A DNA stretch of 64,000 nt from Octopus vulgaris. Lineage: Eukaryota. Shown in pieces: positions 51,444 to 61,179 of this stretch. A program made the translations under genes and the position numbers. The DNA is taken from positions 105,524,001 through 105,588,000 of the forward strand of contig OX597820.1 of NCBI GenBank assembly GCA_951406725.2. The letters are read 5' to 3'. Position 1 is the stretch's first letter. Each line of letters begins with the position of its first letter. The notes beneath the pieces were generated by a model. The model saw nothing but the letters and a program-made list of their open reading frames with translations. It made no database searches and had not been told where the DNA came from.

Positions 51444-54400
51444 ATGGTGAGTAGTCATCGTCTCTCGTTGCTCCACTACACAAATTATGTCGTCAAATTT
51501 ATTAATACTACTTAAAACCCGGCGAAGTTTCGCATGTCGTAGCGCAGATTTCCGTCGATTTCCGTAAAAAACTTTTATTTTTTTACATAAGTAATGAGAG
51601 CGAAAGATACTAAGAGGAAGCGATTTTATGACGAGAAGGTTTCACTTTGAAGTCGGCCTGTGTGTGTTTGATGGGGTGTGGGAGACAGACAGTATGTTGT
51701 GTAAGTGAAGTGCTTCTGTTAGTGTGTGTGAAGAGACAGAGAGAGTAATGTGTGAAAGAGAGAGATAACTGATTTTTTACTCGGTGTATGTGTATATGTA
51801 TGTCTGCATGTATGTGTGTGTGTGTGTATGTATCTATGTGTGTGTGTGTGTGTGTGTGTAAGTATGTGTGTGTGTGTATGTATGTATGTGTGTGTGTGTA
51901 TGTATCTATGTATGTGTGTGTATGTATGTATGTATGTACTCGGTGTATGTGTATATGTATGTCTGTCTCTTCGCACACACTAACAGAAGCACTTCACTTA
52001 CACAACATACTGTCTGTCTCCCACACCCCATCAAACACACACAGGCCGACTTCAAAGAGAAACCTTCTCGTCGTAAAATCGCTTCCTCTTAGTCTCTTTC
52101 GCTCTCATTACTTATGTAAAAAAATAAAAGTTTTTTACGGAAATCGACGGAAATCTGTGCTACTACAACCGAAACTATGCCTAAAACCCTTCAGTTTTTT
52201 ATGTATGTTGAGCCTATTCTTTTAATCATTTCAGTCTCATCGTAAATTTTCTGCCCCACGGCATGGCTCCAAGGGCTTTCTGCCCAAAAAGAGAAGTCAA
52301 CGTCATAAGGGCAAAATCAAGGCATTTCCAAAAGATGATCCCAAAAAGCCTGTTCATTTAACCGCTTTTATGGGTTATAAGGCTGGGATGACTCATATCG
52401 TCCGCGAAGTTGACAGACCTGGCTCAAGTAAGTTATATTTTGAGTAATTAGTCGCATTTTAATTAATGTTCTCCTGCTACGATGCTGTCGATGAAGATGG
52501 CCGACATTCCTCCGCCACGTGCATCCGATGGTTTTTACATTAAAAACTTCACTTTTTTTTATTTTAAGCCCATCATATGTTCATAATTTTCTTTTTAAAT
52601 TTCTCTCGCGCAGCATGTAAATTTTTTTTCTCTCTTTTGACAATTTTCAAAAATTTAGTTGAAAATATAAAACTTTCGTTAGAAATGAAATGGAGGCAAA
52701 AACTGATCGCTGCGGTTTCGCACCTCTCCTTGAAAAATGCAATTTTATTAAAAAGAACTGAAAAAAAAATCGGATCCCCACGTTTTAGATTACGAATATG
52801 AAAAAAAAAAAATTTTGAGTTTTATCGAAATTATTTTCCGTTTTAGATGACAGATTCCTAATATGCAAGAAACCCCATTTTCAAAGGCTAAAATCAACAG
52901 TACGGTCTTCTATAGGGCCACCAAATTTAGTTGACTAAGATTTTATGAGTAAACGGATAGCGATAAATAAATGGATGAAAAAGTTTAAAATTGGGGGAGA
53001 GGGTGAAATTATTAAACATTTTTTTTTGTTTCTCATGAAATGATGGGGGCTAATGCAAGTTCGCACCTGTCCTTGAAAAATGCATTTTTTGCTATGAAAC
53101 GTTAGGGTTCCAATATATAACACACAATGTCAGATTACGAATATGCAAAATAAAAAAAAATTCTAAATATCTCAGATATGTACGGTGGTGGAGCGATATA
53201 GTGGTTGTATACTGTCACGTTAAGTTGACAGTATACAACCAAAATAAAAAGTTTCTCATAAAATGGTGTATATTTAATTTAGATTAATTTCAATGTTTTT
53301 GTATTGCATATGTTCAATTCGCTACGATATCTTCAAAGTAAGCAAAATCATAATTCGGTACTACTTAAGAGTGGTCTTGGTGCGCGCATCCGCGCTAGCT
53401 AGTCGTGACCAGGCGATCCTACGACTACCTAGCAAAGTAAAATAACACAAAATAATTTTAAACAAAACCACAGGGATCGACTGGTCACGACTAGCTAGCG
53501 CGCAGCGGGACCACTCTTCTTAAGTAGTAGCTTATTCCGTTATGTCCGACATAAAAAGCGTAGCAATCCGATGCGAATCTGCATTAGCCCCAAAGTTGGA
53601 TTTGCAGTGTGGGGTTTGGTACTTTGGTCCCGGTGCGCGTTCTCGCGCATCCGCGCCAGCTAGTCGTGACTATGCGATCCTACAACGACTACGTAGCAAA
53701 GTATATAAAACACTAAAACAATTTTTTACAAAGTAAATAAAACTTAGTGAGGATCGCCTAATCACGACTAGCTAGCGCGCACGGGGACCTACCGGGGTTG
53801 GTATTTTAAGAAACTGAAATTTTAGTGTTTAAACCAGTTTTTGATAGATTTTAGTAATCGATACTAATTTGTTACTCACTGTCTAGTTTCGGTAATCAAT
53901 TAAAATGATTTGACATTTCAGAGGTGAATAAGAAAGAGGTATTGGAAGGTGTCACCATTATTGAATGTCCACCTGTTGTCTGTATTGGAGTCACTGGCTA
54001 CATCGATACTCCACGTGGTCCACGTGCTTTCAAGTCTATTTTTGCTGAACATCTTGGAGAAGAGTGCAGGCGTCGTTTCTATAAGAACTGGTAAGTAAAG
54101 TTAATTATATCTTAGGTAATCCTTCAGTGTTTTTAAAAAGTAAACGAAAATGGAATAAAAGTTGATTTTACTATTAAGCAACGTAGACACTGGGCAGGGT
54201 TTAAAGATCATGGACAACTCATTGGCTTCTGTCATTTGGCACGGAAATACCCGAAGTGAAATGGTTTAATTTTATCGAGTTATATCGAAAGAATGGCTTT
54301 TTTTAATGCAGGAACACTATATATCAAGGGCGGAGATTCCGCCCGAAACTGCATTTCAAAATTTGCCCCCCCCTCCCTCCAGTTTTTTTTATTTTCACTT

Positions 54401-57400
54401 TCCAAAAAAAAATTTTAGGCGAAATACGGAGAGAATAGGGAGATTATGATTCAGAAAAATTGTAAAATTTCAATTTTTCAAAAAACGACTCCCCTCCGGC
54501 CTGTGTTAAGAAGTGAAATTAGTGTTTTCTCTACTAAGTTTCACACGTCCATAGAATTATAAAATGGCAGGCGCAAAAGGTATCTAAACAGGAAACCTGA
54601 CACAACGTTTTCAAAATTCTAATACAAGTTAACAAACTAGCCCCAACCGGAAATCAGACAAGTCAAATCGAGGATCAACTTTCGAAATACGAATTACCAA
54701 AAAAAAAAGATCTTTTGTAACATTTTGTGTGTGCAAAAAAAACTAATTTTTTACATACGTCTTAATTCCAAAAGACCATCAATTACATGTTTGGCATGTA
54801 GAAAAAACACTTTAATTTCACTTGATAGGTTGGAGGGGGACAGGAGTGAGGTTTGATTTTTTTTTTTTTTTTTTTAATTGAAATATTACAGAATATATTT
54901 ATTTTTCAGAATCATAAATTCTGTATATTTCTATGGATTTCGCCAAAAAAGTTTTAAAATGAAAATTTAAGAAATTTAGGTAGGAGGGGATTTAAATCTT
55001 GAAATGCAGATTTGGAATCGCACCCTCGGTGTGCTGAGTTAAGGTTTCTCATAGCTTCATTTTCAGGTTTATATATTTGTTTTGCAAGATTCTTGGTGTG
55101 AAATCGTGTGTTGAAACAGATATTGCTGTATTTAGGAATGGTCATGTTGCCAGTTTAGCCAATAAAAATATATATTTGGTATTAATTTGCTTCAGCTTTG
55201 TGAACTCTAGCCAGGCTAGCAAGATGCTGAAGAACCCTATATTCAGTTGCCTACGGAAAAACCGTGACGACTCAACAGCTCCATTAAATAATGTCTCCTC
55301 CAAAATATGCATTAGCAGAGTCACATCAAGTGTAGAACGACTAGAACTCCCCAAAGGCCAAGCTGATGGTGAATATAAAGAACAAAATCTACAAAGAACT
55401 AAGTGAACAAGAAAAATGCAGGCGCATATTAAGAGGAATTAAAAGCATTGCCACGAACAGAGAGAATCACACTTGTGGATGTAATAACACATTATACGCC
55501 AGTGCAATAGACATTTTAAAGAAGAAATTCTCGTGGTTAAAACGTAACAATACAAACTTGCAAAAGAGAAAGAGGTGCCCAGGTATAATAACGGAATTGT
55601 TATGGCAGATGTCTCACTACCATTTGAATTCAGCAAGGACAATGACTCAGACTAAAAATTGATACTTCAACTACTATGCTGTATTTAATAAGGTGAATAC
55701 CATCCAATGCCTATCTGAGATTGATGGGTCACAAAAATATGTTGGAATTTATGTACGACAATAAGATCAACAAACACAACTCAACAATAATCGCAGCAGC
55801 AACAATAACAACGGCGAAAACGAACATAAGAACACAAGCAACAGATACAAATACAAAAGCAGAAAAATCGTATACAACAATAGGGGGAATGGACACACAC
55901 ACACAGATAACCATAGTCACAAGGACACAAATAAAAGTTGTCATGGTGGGATGGAGAATAAAGTTGAATACAACAATTCTTGGACAGGGAGTCAGTAGAC
56001 TTGAAACGGAAAACACTACTGGTAGGAACAAAAACAACCACAACAGAGGGACCAACAGGCAGACAAGAGAACCAACACAGAAGTGTGATGAAATAACTCT
56101 GGCCGAAATAAGATTAAGAAATAAAACTGAAGCAAATTAACACCAAATATATAGTGTGTGTGCTTTTATTGGCCAAACTGGCAACATGACCATTCCTAAA
56201 TACGATATTCATTTTCAAGGATATCTGAAATTCAAGAGCAAGCCTCATGAATTTTCTTACTTTTTAAAATTTTCCATACTGAAGGATTATTTTATCTCCG
56301 TTCATAACATGCATATCTTAAACTGTGCTGACTTTCTCTTGTAGGACTATACCACATAAATGCAGGGGAAGTCTGCAGATAAGCAATGGTATAGTTCCTC
56401 TCAAATGGTCTTCGAAGTCAATGCTAGTTACTTAAATGCTTGGCACACAGGTTGTGTAAACTATCTTGCATATTTAGTATTTACTTCGGTGGCTGGTTTG
56501 ACTGAGCTGAGTTGCTTGATGTAACGAGTCTCCGCTCACTGTTCTTACGTGATGAGACTTGCTACTTAATTACCCTCCTACTTTAAAGGTCCCGCTCTAA
56601 GAGGAAGGCATATACCAAATACGCCAAGAAGTACCAAGATGCAGCTGGCAAGAAGAGTATTGAAAAGGATTATCAAAAGTTGATCCGTTATTGCAACACC
56701 ATTAGGATTATTGTCCATACTCAGGTGAGTTCACACTATCAATTTTAACAAAGTTTGATAACTGAAGCTAATATGTACTTGAGTGGTCTAAACTAAAATC
56801 CTACATAAAAAAATTTCCTGTTGATTGTAAGACTTAGTTTAATTACGAAAGTGATTTTACATTGGAAAGTTATTTGAAATGAGTGCAGTGTATGTCAACT
56901 ATGGTTAAATGTTTAGAAGGATGTCACTTTCAAACTTACTTTGAACTGGAATTTTTCTACATTTTAGATTCGCCAGCTCAGGAAGCGCACCAAGAAGGCA
57001 CATATTTGTGAAATTCAGCTGAATGGTGGCACCACTGAAGATAAGGTGAAGTGGGCTAGAGCCAATTTGGAGAAGCCAATATCCATTGCTGATGTCTTCC
57101 AGCAAGATGAATTAATTGATGTAATTGGTGTGACCCGTGGCAAGGGTATGAAAGGTGAGTAGGTTTTACTGGAAAACTAGTATTATTTACGTTGTGCGGA
57201 GGGGGTGTTGCCACTTGTATCTGATGGCTTTCTTATGTAATTTCTAATATACTCAAGGAAAAATTTGGCACTGTCATGCCTTTAGTTGTCAGAAGTGAAA
57301 GTAGAAAAATCTGACGTCGGACGTCAATTGTGTATTTGCGTCAGGTTTATACCTTCGTTAATTTACGCCGTTTACGTACCACCACGCTAGGTTTATAAAA

Positions 57401-59879
57401 CAAGTTCAGTTTAAAGTTTATAAATAAATACATTTTATAAATAAATACAGCAGATAGCATTAATTGTCTTAGGAGACATGGACTTTTGAATACCCAGAAA
57501 ATATGTATATCGTGTGGAGGTAGCATGAGTGAAATAGCGAAAAAAAAATTTGTCGGATGAAGTAATATGGTCATGTGGAAGGCCTTGTAGAAAAACCGTT
57601 CCAATTAGAAAAGGAACATTTTTAGAAAATAGTAAATTGAAGTGTCAACAAATTATAGATATATTGTATTGGGCAAAAGAAGATTTAGCAAAGGGAATAG
57701 GACAGGAATGTCATATAGCAAATGTAGCTGTAACAGATTGGAGGAATTTTTGCCGTGATATATGTGCAGAAAATTATGTTGCACAAAACATTAAGCTCGG
57801 AGGGCTGGTAGAGATAGACGAAAGCGTGTTTGTTAGAAGAAAATATGTTGGCCATCGGGTTAAAACGCAGTGGGTATTTGGCGCTTTAGAAAGAGATACC
57901 AGATGTTTTTTAGTGGCATTGGAAGATCGGACAGCGGACACCCTTTTACAAATTATACAAGACCGTATATTGCCTGGTACAACCATAATTTCCGACCTTT
58001 CGCGTTCGTACAATACGCTCAATCAGCTAGGACACAGGCATTTGACCGTGAATCATTCAATAAATTTTGTTGATCCGGTAACATTTGCCACAACCAACCA
58101 TATAGAATGTTTATGGATGCATGTGAAGAATTGTAACTAAAGAGAAAATGGAACAGCTCGAAATTTACTTCAGACCCATCTCATCGAATTCATGTGGCGT
58201 TATGTTGATATATTTTGATATATTCGGAAAGTTATTGGAGTAAATTCGACAGCTATATCCATGTGTTTGAGACCTTAGAGAGTATAAGTATCTACAGAGC
58301 ATAAGTATCATATTTATTTTTAAACTTAACTTCAAGCTTCATTTGTTTTATATTTTGATAAATTCTCTGTTGAAAATAATATTTTTACATTCTAAATAAT
58401 TTGCGTTTATTAATTTGATATGTTTACACACGTTTTTGATAAATTTACATGCGTTTTGATAAATTCTACGGAAAGAAACGAAGGTGGATGTCACACTTTT
58501 TCTACTTTCCTCCTGACAACTAAAAGCATGACAGTGCCAAAAATTTAAATTTATCTTTTCAGGTGTTACTTCTCGTTGGCATACCAAAAAGCTGCCCAGG
58601 AAAACTCACAAAGGATTGCGAAAAGTTGCTTGTATTGGTGCTTGGCATCCTAGCAGAGTCCAGTATTCTGTAGCAAGAGCTGGTCAAAAAGGTTATCATC
58701 ATCGTACTGAGATCAACAAAAAAATCTATCGTGTTGGTCGTGGTATTCACACCCATGAAGGTAAAGTAGTTAAAAACAATGCTGCTACTGAATATGATCC
58801 AACTGACAAATCCATCACTCCTGTCGGTGGCTTCCCTCACTATGGTAAAGTGAATCAAGATTTCCTGATGTTAAAAGGCTGTGTTATGGGACCCAGAAAA
58901 AGGATTCTTACTATGCGTAAGGTAAATATCCTGAATTCCATTAAAATTAAATGTTCTACACAAAATGAGATCACACAGAAGCTTATAAAATATATGAAAT
59001 TTCCTAAGTATGATCAAACTTAGTAAGACATAAGCTCACTTATTTGCTTGTTTATGCACTAAATACCTGCCAAGGTATTTAGTGCATAAACAATAATTGT
59101 TTCAACGTCTCTTCCATGCTGGCATCGATTGGACGATCCAGCAAGAACATTGTGATCTTTGTGATCTTTACCAGTTTATACTGGAGGTTGTAGCTTAGTC
59201 TATATTTTGCTGGTATTTTTTCCTTCTTTTTGTATGCTTCTACCACATATAAATTGTACAGACGTGTCATACAGTTTGCATTTAAACCAAAAGACATGGT
59301 TTGTAACCAAGCTTCTAAACCAGGCAGCCATCAACATTTTGTAATTCGATTTTTTTTTTTCTTTTTCTTTTTAGTCTCTCCTGACTCACTTCAAGCGTAA
59401 GGCTCTGGAGAAGATAACATTGAAGTTTATTGATACTGCCAGTAAATTTGGAAATGGTCGCTTCCAAACATTGGCTGAAAAGAGAAACTTTATGGTAAGT
59501 GTTGTATTGTTCTTGTGATGAATTGAAATCTGGTTAAAGTTGATATGTCTGTATGTGAAGATGTTTGTGTAAAGTTCCTTATTTGAATTGTAATTTAAAT
59601 ATGCACTATCAAGTGTTGCAGTCTGATATTTTTTCCGAGCTCAAGAGTCACTGAGCTGTTTGTCGGTAATTTCTTGGTGCTGTGAGTCTCGAATATTAAA
59701 GCTCAGTCTAAATGCTTAGAGTGTGATATTTACCATTACTCTGACGCCAATGGCTGATACATGTTCATTTTACTGTTTATTATACAAAATGAACAGTATT
59801 TTACATTATATTTACAAAAATACATTTTCTTTTACAGGGTCCCCTCAAAAAGGATCGTCTTAAGGAGGAGGCTGCATAA
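51444..59879 (+). CDS. RPL3: 60S ribosomal protein L3 (uL3), 402 aa, 8 coding exons
   Basis: Exons 51444-51446, 52235-52427, 53922-54090, 56589-56724, 56968-57154, 58563-58921, 59375-59494 and 59838-59879 (1209 nt, all GT-AG). [64 protein letters not shown] at 59898-59903. Confidence 0.98.
51521..52181. mobile_element. Merlin-type MITE in RPL3 intron 1
   Basis: GGC...GCC termini, about 220-bp near-perfect arms (51521-51740 / 51962-52181), 8-bp TSD TAAAACCC (51513-51520, 52182-52189). Confidence 0.85.
52235..52427 (+). CDS. RPL3: RPL3 exon 2
   Basis: tttcag|[12 protein letters not shown]...VDRPGS|gtaagt. Confidence 0.97.
53359..53789. mobile_element. Two related short palindromic MITEs in RPL3 intron 2
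   Basis: 53359-53529 and 53626-53789 share ggtc..gcgc.agctagtcgtga / tcacgactagctagcgcgc..ggacc arms. Confidence 0.75.
53922..54090 (+). CDS. RPL3: RPL3 exon 3
   Basis: [17 protein letters not shown]...RRRFYKN, donor gtaagt. Confidence 0.97.
55128..56203. mobile_element. Unclassified element with about 75-bp terminal inverted repeats in RPL3 intron 3
   Basis: gtatttaggaatggtcatgttgccagtttagccaataaaa / ttttattggccaaactggcaacatgaccattcctaaatac. Confidence 0.7.
56589..56724 (+). CDS. RPL3: RPL3 exon 4
   Basis: [17 protein letters not shown]...IRIIVHTQ|gtgagt. Confidence 0.96.
56968..57154 (+). CDS. RPL3: RPL3 exon 5
   Basis: [13 protein letters not shown]...[13 protein letters not shown]|gtgagt. 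Confidence 0.97.
57267..58538 (+). mobile_element. Merlin (IS1595/ISXO2-like DDE) DNA transposon with decayed transposase, in RPL3 intron 5
   Basis: TIRs GGCACTGTCATGC..TAGTTGTCAG / CTGACAACTA..GCATGACAGTGCC and 8-bp TSD AAAAATTT. ORF 57550-58140 has [30 protein letters not shown] and TNHIE, then a premature TAA. Confidence 0.93.
58563..58921 (+). CDS. RPL3: RPL3 exon 6
   Basis: [32 protein letters not shown]...[11 protein letters not shown]|gtaaat. Confidence 0.98.
59375..59494 (+). CDS. RPL3: RPL3 exon 7
   Basis: [32 protein letters not shown]...FM|gtaagt. Confidence 0.97.
59636..59764 (+). ncRNA. Candidate intronic box H/ACA snoRNA
   Basis: Hairpin 59636-59691, H box ATATTA at 59693-59698, hairpin 59703-59757 with an internal pocket, ACA at 59759-59761 plus 3 nt. 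Folded by eye. Confidence 0.6.
59838..59879 (+). CDS. RPL3: RPL3 exon 8 (to TAA)
   Basis: ttacag|[13 protein letters not shown]. Confidence 0.96.
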   Translation, partial: GPLKKDRLKEEAA

Positions 59880-61179
59880 AGTGTTTGAAGAGTCTGTAAT
59901 AAAAAAAGTGACATTAGACATGTTTTTTCTTTTTCTTTTGATTGTGTTATGGAAATAGATAAACCGTTTCTATTTCTTATAGATCTTCATATCTGCAGAA
60001 GGGTTTGGCAGCCTTTTGCTTTGTGGATATTTGACGTAACATGATTTTGACCTGCATTGCCTTAATGTGTACTTAGTACATGCTTTCATGAGTTGGATGA
60101 GAATTGAGGCAGGTTTTCTGAGTGGATGTCTATCCTGTCATCATATTTTCAAGTAAATGCTATTTTTTCTCATTAGAGTGGGAACGTTGCTTATAGAACA
60201 GTGGTGCTCATTTACAACTACCTTGCAATTTTCAAGATGGAGTCATGCATGACATGAAACTTTTCAACTGGCCAAATTCACTTGCAAGGGTTGGGTTCAT
60301 GAAAGGAAGGTTCTATGCAGTGGGATTGAAGCTGAAGCTGTGTTTGGAAAGCAAGTGAAGGGACATGACTTACTGTTAAGGAGCAAAACTGGCGAAGAGG
60401 AGGAACCAACATTGCTGGTTGAGTGTCACCTAACTCATGGGAGAGGGGGGGGGATATAGCAAAAAGATGCAAGCAAATTTGAGACCGCTGAAATCAGATT
60501 GTCTTCCGTTCAGTGAGTGATTTAGACTTAATAAAAGGGGGGGGGGCAATTCTGTAACGAAAGCTTTTTCATTTTTTTTTCACCATTGTTTTCTTTGTAG
60601 CCATTTCAATGACAAATGTCAGGAAAGTGAATTAGAATTATTAGTGTTGGATCGAGTTTTTTCCGGTTCTTTATACACCAAGATCAACTTTGCATTTCAT
60701 CCCGTGGCATCGTTGGTTAAACTAGAGCGTTTGACCCAGTCATGAAAACAAGCAAAAAAATAGTGTAATAGGTGTAAAACATCTTGCTTTAAACGTATGA
60801 CATAAAAAAAATGTGCGCTCGCGAAGGCGGGTGGGGGAGAGGACATTCATATATTCAGTCCATGGCCTATAGTGTTTGACCCGGGCCGGAGAGAAATTAG
60901 AAAATAGTGTAATTAGTGTAAAACTACTTGTTCTAATCAATTATCAAGAACACACACACAAAGAGAAATGGTTGGTTCACTGCAACATTTAAATCTCATT
61001 TCAATGTTGATATTTTTGTCGCTTTGAAAGTGAGACATGTTCACTGACGAGATGCAGCACAAGTTTTTGTCAGGGGTTTGCCATGGTTTCAAAGACAGGA
61101 AATATTTAGACACAAACGCATGCTACCACACTGAATTACAGAGCAGGTTCATGAAAAAGGATCAAATTTTCGCACAGTA

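Noticed and set aside
57550-58140. Bacterial IS1595 contamination or recent horizontal transfer
   Set aside because: It sits within a spliceosomal intron with a TSD and is decayed. Merlin is an established eukaryotic superfamily.
58922-59023. ORF-track extension of RPL3 ([10 protein letters not shown]...)
   Set aside because: Read-through into intron 6 past the GT donor at 58922.
59516-59626. C/D snoRNA (GTGATGA ... CTGA) in RPL3 intron 7
   Set aside because: No terminal stem and no recognisable rRNA antisense element.
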